The notes under the pieces: generated by a model
What the model saw: only the letters and a program-made list of their open reading frames with translations
What the model was told of the DNA's origin: nothing
Databases searched by the model: none
In this document: in pieces, positions 14,295 to 25,600 of the stretch
Numbering within the stretch: the stretch's first letter is position 1
Layout of the letters: every line of letters begins with the position of its first letter
Program-made: the position numbers and the translations under genes
From: Entomortierella parvispora E1425
Taxonomy: Eukaryota > Fungi > Mortierellomycota
NCBI GenBank assembly: GCA_020891255.1
Contig: BQFW01000004.1
Coordinates: forward strand, 868,001-932,000
Length of the DNA stretch: 64,000 nucleotides
Direction of reading: 5' to 3'

Positions 14295-15923
14295 ATGTTC
14301 CTGATCTCAGGCCAGGTGGTGCCAGTCACAGATTCGGCCGGAAAAAGTCTGACTATCGACATCCGAGGAATCGGACCTCAGCCCACCGAGGACTCGACGA
14401 TAGCAGGCGTGGCCCTCCCTACGATCATTCAAGGGTCTCCAGAAACACCAGGCTATGTGGAAGCCACAGTCGAGTTTGAGACTGGCCACGACAGCGTGGG
14501 TGATAAACTCGAGATATTCTTTTCTGCTGTCGTTGCCTCCTTGACTGATGGTAAAGGACTCTCCCTTCCAAGAAGCTAATGTAAGAGTAGGTCCCTGCTG
14601 TTAAAACTACAATCTCACGCACCCTTTATCATCAATAGCTGGACTCATTGGCCATTCAGTGGCGCCAGAGCGGATCATAAAGAAACGCTGGGAGATCCCA
14701 TTAACCTTTCAAAGCGAGGGCAAAGTGTCGAAAGGAAAATACCGTCGGACAGTCTTCACAGCCATAGATCCCAGTTGGCCATCCACTATGATCTGTCCGG
14801 ATGGCTATGTCAAGTACGAGTTCGAGGCCCTTCTCACAAAGACAAAGTCCACCAATGCCGCGACATCGACGTCTATGATTATAAGAACATGCAAGGAATT
14901 CCTTGTCTGGAATTGCAACATCTCTCAGTTTGCAAGTCAGCGTGTCGGCGGAAGTGCATCAAGAGTAGCAAGCTCGTCAACACTTTTGGCATCTTCTCCA
15001 GATCTGGATCGGTCTTCACTTTCATGGAAGGACCCTTCTGCACTCTTTCCTTCTCCTCCAACCTCGCCTTTGACGGAAACCTCTGACTCTCGAGGTACTG
15101 CGACTGCGCCTACTGGGCCACGGCATTCAATTACAGGAACATGGGCCAAAGCCAAGCTCCCCATTGTGGTCTCAATTCCTTCGACGAATGTTCAACTTGG
15201 AGAGACAGTACCGGTGACCATCCGGATAAACCGTCGAACCTCTACTTCAGGAACACGGACAGGCGTTGTTCTAGTGGAGGGACGAATCGTTATTCAACAG
15301 AATCGAGTGTCTCGCTCTGTACACGTGGGTATCAGTCCCAAGAAAGTCGCCCAGAAACTCATCACAGTACCGCTACCAAATCCATGGCCGACGCAGACGG
15401 GGGACAGAGCAACGATTACAGTGGAAGGAACCAGCCAAACCATACCCGTTGAAATCCCGCTACCCTCGGTCGAGTCTCGTGCTCGATTCTCTCCCACCGA
15501 CCTCTACCCAAGTCTCAAGTCCAAGTACTTTGATGTCGAACATCAAGTCTCTGTGATCTTGAAACTCAGGCTAGCTGACCAAAAGGATCGTCAGGCCGCA
15601 GAAGTTGAAATATCATGTAAGTGACCAAGATCCTCTTCTCACTGACTTTTTATTGTACGTGGAATATGAACGTGATGCTCATGTTTCTGTTTCTTGCGAC
15701 CCCTCACCCCTCAGCTCCAGTCCATATCACCAACCCTCGGCCAGCTGAAAGAGCACCAGCAGGGGAAGACTGGGTACCTGATTACGACGATGCAGAGCTT
15801 CAACGCGGATTCAACCGTGTGAATTCCAGACACCATTGGGACGGGATCACATCGCGAGCGGAGGAGGAGGAGGAGGATGATCTCCCTAGCTACACAGAGG
15901 CACAATCGCTATCGCAGTTGTAG
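14295..15923 (+). CDS. Arrestin-like domain protein (3 exons) with a C-terminal PSY motif
   Basis: Beta-rich arrestin N/C-like segments (GYVKYEFEAL, VQLGETVPVTIRI, FDVEHQVSVILKL). GT-AG introns near 14580-14640 and 15617-15720; DDLPSY tail. Confidence 0.75.
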
Positions 15924-16123
15924 GAAGCTCGAGAGGGAATGGATAAAAAAAAGAGTATTTATAATTTTTTTTTTTTATTTTTTCCCATGCATTCGTTCCT
16001 CTCTGTCGAGTCGAAATCTTGGCGGGAAGTTTTGTAACGGATCGATGCTGCCCGCCCTTTTTCATTAACGAGCCCACGAAAGAAATGCTGTGAGGCGCTC
16101 CCATTGCATGGTATGGAGAACAG

Positions 16124-16396
16124 CTAACCGGAACACCACCCTTCTTTAGGCACAGGGTCAGGTTCCCACATCACACAATGATAAAACTTCTCCAGGTTGT
16201 AGACATATGGATTGAAGTCCTCGATCCATGATAAGTTCATGATGTCCAGCTGGTAATCGCATTCATGCAGGGACACTCTCAGTCTCTGCCACGAGTATTC
16301 ACATAGGCAGTACGACAAAGATTCGCAAAGGGGGTAGGCACCGTGACAAGTGAGGCCAAGCTGGAGGACCGCAAGAAGGAGTACTGTTACTCTCAT
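16124..16396 (-). CDS. Putative small secreted cysteine-rich protein (90 aa)
   Basis: ATG at 16396. MRVTVLLLAVLQLGLTCHG looks like a signal peptide, and the predicted mature part has 6 Cys. Confidence 0.5.
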   Translation of the reverse strand: MRVTVLLLAVLQLGLTCHGAYPLCESLSYCLCEYSWQRLRVSLHECDYQLDIMNLSWIEDFNPYVYNLEKFYHCVMWEPDPVPKEGWCSG

Positions 16397-16642
16397 TTGG
16401 AAGACGATCAAGACCTGGCAAGACAATGAGGCAACGAAATGGGGACTGCCGTGATTCGGTTTTGTGGGTATAGTGCCGCTCAAAGTTGAATCTTTTCACT
16501 GGCCTTATATATCTTGATAGAGGCGTTAGGATACACTGCCAGCACATCAGAGGGCCACAGTGCCTTAACAATTATTATTCTGCCAGGGTGTTGTGTACAT
16601 CTTGGCATGTTCTTTCCTTTCAAGATTTTTGAGCACAAACAG

Positions 16643-17085
16643 ATGTTTATCGATTGGGCATGAGGACACGCCGTTTTAGGGATGGGAAAGAAAAGTGGAT
16701 GAAGGAGGCAAGCAGTTTACAACAGCCGTCTGTCCAAATGCACTCCTCCTCCTCCTCCTCCTCCTCCTCCTCCTCCTCCTCCTCCTCCACCACCACCACC
16801 ACCACCACCACCAAAACAAACAGAAGGGCCAGCCAATCGGATGCTTGCCAATGCACTGGGCATGAGGGCGAATGTCTTTTTATGAACAGAAAGGAAAACT
16901 TGAGGATTCTCCGTCCAAATGCACACCTTGGCCTCTTCTCCTTCCAAAATTTCAGAGCAAAAGGGGTGATTCGATGCATGGTCGGGGCACTGGGCATGAG
17001 AGCGCGTCGTTTGAGGGTTTGGAAAGAAAAGTCGATGTAGTCTAGGAGGCAAACAGTGTAGTACAGAAATCTGTCCAAATGCACA
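16643..17085. repeat. Three degenerate tandem units sharing TGGGCATGAG...GTCCAAATGCAC, interrupted by a (CTC)n(CAC)n microsatellite at 16743-16813
   Basis: The shared words recur near 16655/16732, 16858/16914 and 16990/17073. Confidence 0.6.
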
Positions 17086-17090
17086 GAAAT

Positions 17091-18191
17091 GTCTATTTGT
17101 CGTCTGGTCCAAGACCACCTTCTTGTCGTCCGCTGCTCTTATTTGCCGTTCTGCTGTGCTTCAGTCCTCGCAATAAAGTTCAGGGGGTAAAGTTTGGGCT
17201 TTGGGGTGGGGGGCAAAGTTCATAGGCAAACTGAAGCGCGAAGGTGTATTCACATTTCCTTACCCAGAATTCGAACTTCCAAAAAAAAGCCCTGTGTATA
17301 CTTATTACCTGTTTGCTCTCTTATTTGTCGTGTGAATTTTTGCACCGCGCCCTGGTCATGCACCGCGCCGTGGTCATGCACCGCGCCCTAGCACCGTACT
17401 GGGAAGTGCCTATTTGTCGTATGGTCCGAGATTCTTAGTTGTCGTCCGATGCTCCTACTTGTCATCCGTTTTTCATAGCTTTCATCCAATTCGTCGTCCA
17501 GAAATGTCAACAAGGTGAGCTTGTACATGGAACTGTTTGTTTGCCGTCCAGTTGGACAAGTCCTTATTTGTCGTCCTTTTTTTTTTTTTTTTTTTTTTGT
17601 CGTTCTTCTTGTTCCATTTTTTGATCAACAAAAGCCGCACGCAGAAATTTGTGTCCATTCTCCAATGGAAACCGTAAACAAAACACAAAAGGCACTCCAA
17701 CACTGCAGCGAAAAGTTGTTTGTCTTTGCCTTCATGAGTGGAAAAAAAGATGTCAGGGAGGCTTCAATTGACCTCTCGAACAGGATCTCCTACTGAATTC
17801 TCCCCTCAAAAAAAAAAAAAAAAAAAAAAAGAAAAGAAAAGGGGGAAAAAGAGAAAAGAATCAAGCTTGCACATAAACCGAAGAAGGATCAATTGAAAGA
17901 ATAAAACGAAAAAGTTGATGCATGTCTTTGATATAGTGTGAAAACGGAATGTCTTTCATCTAGCTTTGGGCTCAGACGATACTCATGGGTAAACTAGCAG
18001 CCATAGAGTGGACAGTGAAAGGATATCTACCTTAGCTCTTGCCTGAACCTCGTGTAGTGGAAAAAGAGGAGAACACACAGCGTGCTCACTGCCACGCGAC
18101 AGTCAGATTCCTGTGCACCGAACGCGTCTATTTGTCGTCTGGTCCAAGACCCCCTTCCTTGTCGTCCGCCGCTGCTATTGGCCGTTCTGCT
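17091..18191. repeat. Dispersed ~65-bp direct repeat (17091-17155, 17408-17470, 18126-18191) with core TATTTGTCGT, plus an 18-bp tandem TGCACCGCGCC(C/G)TGGTCA x~3 at 17341-17391
   Basis: Copies aligned by eye; the core word also occurs near 17322 and 17565. Confidence 0.7.
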
Positions 18192-18254
18192 ATGGGAGAG
18201 CCTCAATCCGCAAAGGCGCACAAAACGATCAAGCTCAGGAAGTTCTTTCTACAC

Positions 18255-18757
18255 GAGAAAAGCAATTGCGTCGGTGGATAAAAAGATAATGACCAACGGT
18301 TTCATGGAACTTCTGAGAGAGAGATAAAGGGTATTCCCAACAGTGGTCTTATGATCATACTCAGTCGATAATTGATCACGCCCTGGTCTAGCTGGTCATA
18401 ATAGATACTTCCCAAACCGATGTATTTTTTGCAGTGGATTGGGACAAGGAGAAAGGATTGGTGTGCATGTGTCTATGACACTATGTGTGGGTGTGATGGA
18501 TGCAGTGCACAAACGAACAAACAGAAAGGTCGTGATCGATCGATAGATCAAAAGAATGCACGTTCAAAGCCAACATGCGGGGGAAAGGGCAACAGTGTCA
18601 ACGACCCTTTGCGGCGGAATGCGCCACCAAGTTAGGAAGAGAGAAAAAAATTGACGCCACCAAATCATGTTTGTCCTCGATGGTCCTGTTTCCATGCATC
18701 AACATTGCTTCTCCATTCGTGGATTCATTCCGACTCGACAGGGACATGACCTCACGA
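18255..18757. repeat. Copy A of a ~0.5-kb direct duplication (copy B at 21903-22388)
   Basis: Near-identical from GAGAAAAGCAATTGCGTCGG to GACATGACCTCACGA; copy B lacks a ~17-nt segment. Confidence 0.92.
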
Positions 18758-19290
18758 CACTGCACCAGGGAGATCACGTTACAACAGACATGGGAGTAGA
18801 CCCGGTGGAACAAAAGGCCAAAGCAAAGGGACAGCGCCGCACGCAAGGCAACAAACACCCATCCACGTCGCACAGGTGTCCATCGAAACCACTTCCTCAA
18901 CATCTTGTCTCCTGTGCGCTTGTACGTCCTTCATTTTGGGCTCATTCGAAATCATGAAGAATTGCATGTAAAGACCTAGAGCACCTTCCTTTTATATCCA
19001 CCATATTTAAAGGCACATTTTCCTCCAGACCCTCTACGAGGACATGACCGCCTTCGGCAGGTCACGTAGCGAGGAGAGAGGGCTGGGTCGAGACTAGGCA
19101 CAGGGTGTTTATTTTTTGTATTACTGTAGCTATGTACCCACATCAACAAGGCTGGAGCACATGCGTTTCCATTTCACGCACAACTGTGCTTCATGTACGA
19201 TTTATCTTGCACCTTGTTGGCCTTAGTTATCAGCTGGATCCGGTCCATCAGCACATTGGCATCAGTGACACCAAGCACTGAGTGCTGTCA

Positions 19291-19741
19291 CTAAGCCAGA
19301 GTGACCAATTTGTTCTGCCCAGTAACGACATTGTCATTTAAATCAACTAATCCAACTCGCACCTGCACTTGTTCTCCACTGTGCAGAGGCGGCTGGCCAG
19401 CCGTGGTGGTTAAGGCGATCGTGGCAGTGTGTTGCGCTCCATCACATGTCAGTCCGTCTTGCTCCCCAGTGGCTGATGGGCTGTCTGCGGTGGGATCGCC
19501 TATCATTACTTGAACGGATGTTGCTCCAGAGCCTGCAACGCAACTGTAACCCACCACCACAGTGTTCGAGGCAATATTTGTTACATCAACAGCATTGTCA
19601 GCGATAGCAGCACTTGCTAGAAGACTGACTGGAGCAGAAAACGCATATTCAGGCAACAGTAATTAGCATTGCATTTTTCATCCCACGGTACTAACATCTG
19701 TCAGTATTCATACCAAGAAGTAGTCCTAGGAGGTATTTCAT
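19291..19741 (-). CDS. Small secreted protein (121 aa), bacterial-like mature domain; 2 exons (19741-19714, 19628-19291)
   Basis: The 85-nt intron GTATGA...GCTAAT...CTCCAG joins MKYLLGLLL+V to SLLASAAIA|DNAVDVT..., forming a clean signal peptide in frame with the 19291-19656 ORF. Confidence 0.85.
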
Positions 19742-20270
19742 AATAGATTTCGACTATTGAAGGGAAGTAGGAGGAAGTGTCGTGTAAACTTGTGGAATTC
19801 TAGTGAATGAATGTTTGATGGCGATTTCACTCTCAGCCTTATGGCATATTTATACCAATCTACTTCATCCCATCTGCCTGATAATCTTACAAGTATTGCA
19901 CCTCCTCATCAATAAAGATGTCAGAGGACAGACAGAGAAAATGGATGCAAGGGGAGGGATACAAAAAAAGCGGAGAAAATGCCTGAAAAAGAGGTTCTTG
20001 AAAAAGTAACGGCAAGAAAAAGAAGGGGCACGGAAGCGCAGAAAACAAAGGAAGGGACAAAAAAAAAAGATTTCAGGGGAGCGATGACAAAGAAGTTAAG
20101 GGAGGGGCAACAAAAACAGGTTAGGAGACGGACAACAAAAAAAGATTACGAGGGGGGAGGGGGGGACGCTGAAAGGTTCAAGGCATAACACCTAAAGGCA
20201 GCATCAAGGGACAACACCAGGAAGAAAAATTCAGCGACAACACCAATGGATACCACAAAGGATAACTGGC

Positions 20271-20594
20271 TTGTCTGAGTCAGCCGTCGAGTCTCTCATT
20301 GCCACACTCATGTCTGAAAACGAAGATGTCAGATACGACGTTTCTCTGATTTTTCGAGAACATTGGCACCCTCTGTGCATTTTTCTTCCACGGCTCAAAA
20401 GAGAGGAGTTATCTCGTGTTTATGAGAATCATTTATTTCGCTACAGCTGCAGCCGAGTTTTATCTTCACAGGTGCATGGTGGCAAATGGTGCATCTACAC
20501 GGAGCCAGGCCCAATCTTGGAAACTATTGGCGAGGACGTAGAGGAGAACGTAATATCGGCTATCAAAGCTGTCCAGGATAAAGCAGGGTTATAA
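20271..20594 (+). pseudogene. C-terminal fragment of a HEAT-repeat (NLR-like) gene, paralogous to 22442-23407
   Basis: One HEAT unit (SAVESLIATLMSENEDVR) plus the tail YENHLFRYSCS...IYTEPG, matching YENHLFQYSCS...VYTEQG. The ORF begins at TTG, not ATG. Confidence 0.75.
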
Positions 20595-20778
20595 CTGTAC
20601 TGGTCTACATATAGTATATAATACCAATTCAAGGATCAAATGAATCAGTAAAGGTTCGCCGTTAGAAAGAAAATCGAGATGGCCATTGAGGGAAGCGTGT
20701 TGTTACTGCATAGGTGAAATGAAGTAGGATGAGAGGAAGGAGGGGTGATCGATAGCTATTCCGTGATTAAGGTCAATT

Positions 20779-21353
20779 GATTGGGAGCGCACTGAAGGGG
20801 TGGCGAAGCGAGTTCAGATAACGATGAGTGCGGTTGAACTGCTACATATGACACTGAATCTCTAAAGGACGGCAGTGACTGGAGAGTATGAGGTTGCCGT
20901 TGTTGTTGTTGTTGTTTTGTTGTTGTTGAAGGATGATCAAATAATCGGAGGGTGACACGTCAAGGAACTGTCCACTCATATTGTGCCTCGAGTGCTGTTA
21001 CTTCTGCTGTTGCTGTTGCAAGTCGTCCTCGTATTCAGGTGACACTTGGTTGAAGGTAGCGATCAAAGCAGAGTACGGTTTGGGATTGCTGTCCGTTGTG
21101 GTTTATTGTTGTGTTGGGCTATGGTGGGAGGTATGTACAAAGGGAGTTTTTCTAGAATAGCTGGACAATGGGTGTTTATCAGTGCAAAATGCGGGCAAGG
21201 TGTGGAAAGAGAAGGAGAAAGGAAGAAAAGGAAGAAAAATAGAAAAGGGGACGTAGAAAACGGAGAGACCGGATCGAAAGTTTTTTATGGGCAGGCCTTT
21301 AATAGTGTATCCCTGGTCAAGTGGAGGGTGGAAAAGGTAGAAGCGGATAGGTA

Positions 21354-21396
<43 letters not shown>

Positions 21397-21470
21397 GAAA
21401 GAGTAGAGGGAAGAGGGGACGAGAGCCCTCATAGGGATGAGAGGGAGCGCGTGTTCGCGTAGTGGAGCGA
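20779..21470 (-). pseudogene. Decayed partial copy of the bZIP gene's promoter, exon 1 and start of intron 1 (original at ~25086-25960)
   Basis: Long aligned stretches such as GACTTGGTTGAAGGTAGCGATCAAAGCAGAGTA. ATG is mutated to ACG, there are internal deletions, and the TG repeat is expanded. Confidence 0.85.
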
Positions 21471-21902
21471 TGTGAGGGATCTGCCCAAACCCAGTGATCG
21501 ACGTCCCTGCACCACCGCTACCAAACCCCGCCGAAAAAAGGACGCCACCAACTGATTTCTCTCCATTCCATTCCATTCCTCAGCACCTCATGCATCTCCA
21601 TCCAAGGATTCATTCCGATTCCATCCTCCTCCTCCTCTTACTTCAAAGTGGACATAACCTCGTGATGTCGAACCAAGAAAATGGAGTAGATCTGGAGGTG
21701 AAGCTGAACACAAAACAAGGCGGCTTCGCCTTGTCTTTTGTGCGCCTGTTCTGTGAATGTTCGCAAAAGAGAGGGAACAGGGCGAACAGGGCGAGCGCAT
21801 GTGTGCGTGGTGCAACAAGGCACTTCAATCTGCGATCGATGGAAGTCAGAACAAGCAGAAAGACGTCCCTGCGCCACCGTCACCACATGGCTCCGTCTCT
21901 TT

Positions 21903-22388
21903 GAGAAAAGCAATTGCGTCGGTGGATAAAAAGATAATGACCAATGGTTTCATGGAACTTCTGAGAGAGAGATAAAGGGTATTCCCAACAGTGGTCTTAT
22001 GATCATACTCAGTCGACAATTGATCATGCCCTGGTCTAGCTGGTCATAATAGATACTTCCCAAACCGATGTATTTTTTGCAGTGGATTGGGACAAGGAGA
22101 AAGGATTGGTGTGCATGTGTCTATGACACCATGTGTGGGTGTGATGGATGCAGTGCACAAACGAACAAACAGAAAGGTCGTGATCGATCTATAGATCAAA
22201 AGAGTGCATGTTCAAAGCCAACATGTGGGTAACGACCCTTTGCGGCGGAATGCGCCACCAAGTTAGGAAGAGAGAAAAAAAATTGACGCCACCAAATCAT
22301 GTTTGTCTGCAATGGTCCTGTTTCCATACATCAACATGCTTCTCCATTCGTGGATTCATTCCGACTCGACAAGGACATGACCTCACGA
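21903..22388. repeat. Copy B of the ~0.5-kb direct duplication
   Basis: Direct alignment with 18255-18757. Confidence 0.92.
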
Positions 22389-22441
22389 TGTTGATGGCCA
22401 GGACGGTACGATACACCCTTAAGTAGAACCACTATATGTAG

Positions 22442-23407
22442 TTGCTCGCACGGCGTGGCCCTCTGCTCTTTATCCACCCTCTCGTTGCTGCACTTCGGGA
22501 TGAAGATAACCGTGTGAGGGATTTAGCACTATTAGCATTACTCAACCAGTCCACGCTACCGCAGTCAGCCATCCACTCCCTCATTGCCACACTCAGGGAT
22601 GAAAATAAGGACGTCAGGTACTCTGCAGCATCGGCACTGGGCAACAAGTCTACGTTACCAGAGTCAGTTATTCAGCCCCTCGTTGTCGCACTTAGAGATG
22701 AAGATAAGGATGTCCGGTCTTCAGCAGCATCAACTTTGGGCGACAAATCTACACTAAGGGAAGCAGTCATTCATTCCCTCATTGCTGCACTTAAGGATGA
22801 ACATAGAGATGTTAGGTGGTTAGCAGCTTTGGCATTGCGTAACAAGCCTACGCTATCGGAGTCAGCCATTCAATCCCTCGTTGCCACACTCAGCGATAAA
22901 GATAAGAATTTCGGGTCTTCAGCGGCACCGGCATTGGGCAACAAGTCTAAACTACCGGAGTCAGCCATTCATCTCCTTGTTGCCGCACTTCGGGATGAAG
23001 ATAAGGGTGTTAGGTCTTCAGTAGTATTCGCATTAGGCCAACAGTCTACGTTACCAGCATCAGCCATTCAGGGCCTCATTATCGCGCTCAAAGATGAAGA
23101 CAGAGATATCAGACGCAATGCTTCACAGGCTCTTCGAGACCAAGGCTATTCACTGTGGACGGCCCTTCCACATCTTACAAAAGATGAGATATCTTGTGTT
23201 TATGAGAACCATTTGTTTCAGTACAGCTGTAGTAGTGCTTTTTCTTTACAAGTACTAGGTGGCCAATTGTGTGTCTACACGGAACAAGGCATACGGCACT
23301 TGGACGCCCTTGGCAAAGAAGAGGAAATCGCATCAGCCCTTGCAACCGTGCAGCACAGAGTAGGGATCAAATCACCTCTCCAAGACGCCAATAAAAAAAA
23401 ACTTTAG
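22442..23407 (+). pseudogene. 5'-truncated HEAT/PBS-lyase-type repeat protein: seven 33-aa repeats plus a conserved C-terminal tail
   Basis: 99-bp repeat unit (SAIHSLIATLRDENKDVRYSAASALGNKSTLPE). The 321-codon frame is open and intronless but contains no Met, and a TAG lies immediately upstream. Confidence 0.75.
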
Positions 23408-23805
23408 TGGCTATGGTTTGAATTCACCTTCAGGTACTGGGCTAAGTCATTATTTGACAAGATTGCAAGTAGACGACGGAAAGCCGAAAGCAACAGCAAA
23501 GCTGCAGAGGAATGGGGAAAGTGCATTGATGGGGCGAGCAGCGCAAGAACGAAGAGGACCGCCTTTTTTTTTTTTTTCGCTGGGCATGGATGGGCCAATT
23601 CTTCTCGGTCTAAATGCAAAACGAGATGCTTATTCTGTCTTGAAGGTTGTCTGCGTGTGTATTTGAAACCACTATATTGATCCACCCAGAAAGTGTTCTC
23701 AAAGAGAACTAGAGCTGCCTGTGATTCACAGCGCATCGCGCTTTCTCGCGTTTCGCAATTGCAGGCTCCTTCTGTCATTTTTATTTTGCAGTGCCTAGAC
23801 GGTCA

Positions 23806-25600
23806 TTAGACCTGCTGAGCCTTCTTACTACGCCTCTTGGTTGCCGTCGTGTTTTCTGCCTTTGTACTACCACGCAGACTCGACAAGGATGATATACTTG
23901 GCAATGCGGACGAATGAGAGGCACTGGAAGAAGACCCACCGGAGCCAGATGAAGAAGAAGCAGAAGAAGCACTCAAGGAAGCCGAGGTGGTTGAAACAAC
24001 AGGCAAACTATCCAACATTCTCGAATCCTTCTCGACAATCAATCCCCTCAACCACTTGATCTCCATCTCCAGCTCTCGGACCCTGACCTCCAAGAGCTCA
24101 GACTTGGCCGTCATCTCCTTGGCCGTCTTTTCTAGAATCTGTTCACGGAGACGTTTCTTGTGACGGAAGCGAGCCGACGCTGCTGTATTCCGACGACGCT
24201 TGTCCTCCTCCGCCGCCAGCTTTTGAGCGTAATCAGGATCATCTTGCGAAAGACCCTCGATCCCCTTGGTCGAGGAGGATCCCGAATGACCGTGTTCGTC
24301 TAGATCGTGCTCATAATCCTCCTGCTCAGCCTCGTGAGCTTTTTCGTCGCGTTGAGATTGGGCGTTGCTTGGAGAGGAAGAGGCATTGGCCTTGATGGAC
24401 GAGACCGAGTTGGCAGGAGAAGGCGCGCTCGAGACATTGTCCTGTCGGCCATTGGCCCTCTGCGCCACCTCGGCGTTCACGGCCTTGGTAGAGGCCGATG
24501 ATGAGTTGAGTGGGCCGATCAGGGTACTCAAAGGCTGAGGGTTGATCTGGAGCTGACGAAAGTCGCTCATCGTCGTGGGGGATGGCAATGGACTTGAAGA
24601 GACCGAGAAGGAATGGTTCTGGGGAGCAGGATGATGTTGTTGCGGATGCTGTTGGAGCACCAACGAAGGCTGTTGACGCAAGAGTCGAGCGGCTGCAGGA
24701 CTGATGGGACCGGCCGTCGTTGGCGTGGAGAACACGGACGACGAGTCTTGGAAAGTGGACTTGTAGAGGTGAGTATTTGCCGCAGCGGCCTCGGAGGAGG
24801 AACCTTGAGAAGAAGAGGTAGGGTAGGCGGACGACAGACGGTGATCGTACTGCTGAGGGCCGGTAGGCTGCTGCGCTTGTTGCTGCTGTTGTTGCTGTTG
24901 CTGAGGCTGGTCTCCAGAACCGGCTGGATTCCGCTGACGTGACCTTTCTACGACCGAGAGGGAGGACCTTGGATCTAAGAAAGGTCAATAGGGACGACAC
25001 GGAGGGGGAGAGGAAACGGGAGACATTTGATTAGATGACCCGAATAGATAGCAGAATGACAGATGATTGCATTATGGACAAATGATTAGTAGCGCACTAA
25101 AGGGGTGGTAAGGGAGAGAACGTACCTTCGGAAGTGGCATCCAGATAACGATGGATGGCGTCGAACTGTTGCAATTGACGCTGAATCTCTGAAGAATGGT
25201 ACTGGAGTGTATGAGGTTGCTGTTGTTGTTGCTGCTGCTGCTGTTGTTGTTGTCGTTGCTGTTGAGGGTTGATCGAAGAATGAGAGGATGACTGGCCAAG
25301 GAACTGTCCGTTCAGGTTATGGCTAGGGTGCTGCTGTTGTTGCTGCAGTTGTTGCTGGAGTTGTTGTTGCTGTTGCTGGGTCTGCTGGAATTGTTGTTGG
25401 CTCATAGCAAGCTTGACGCCCATGTCGTCTTCGTAGATACCGACCCCTGGAGGGATATCGTACGTGAACTGAGCATTGGCCCACAACAACAGGTCGTCGT
25501 CAGGGAGGTGTTGGGGGTCATCCAAGTCGTCCTTGGATTCAGGCGAGACTTGGTTGAAGGTAGCGATCAAAGCAGAGTAGGGGTTGGGATAGCTGTCCAT
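23806..25600 (-). CDS. metR: bZIP transcription factor of the MetR/CYS-3/Zip1 sulfur-regulator type; 2 exons (25600-25126, 24974-23806)
   Basis: Basic region AEEDKRRRNTAASARFR followed by a leucine zipper ending WLRGLIVEK. The N-terminal DDDLLLWANAQFTYD resembles the family motif. A GT-AG intron joins the frames. Confidence 0.85.

Noticed and set aside
17341-17391. 18-bp repeats as a CRISPR-like array
   Set aside because: The units are directly adjacent with no spacers, and the context is eukaryotic.
19630-19660. Apparent 1-bp frameshift giving MRFSAPVSLLASAAIA as the start of the 19.3-kb gene
   Set aside because: This stretch is better explained as the 3' end of an 85-nt intron with a branch point; splicing gives a better signal peptide with no frameshift.
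22394-22441. Possible mini-exon MART spliced (22406-22441) onto the HEAT ORF
   Set aside because: The intron would be only 36 nt, much shorter than any other intron modelled in this window.
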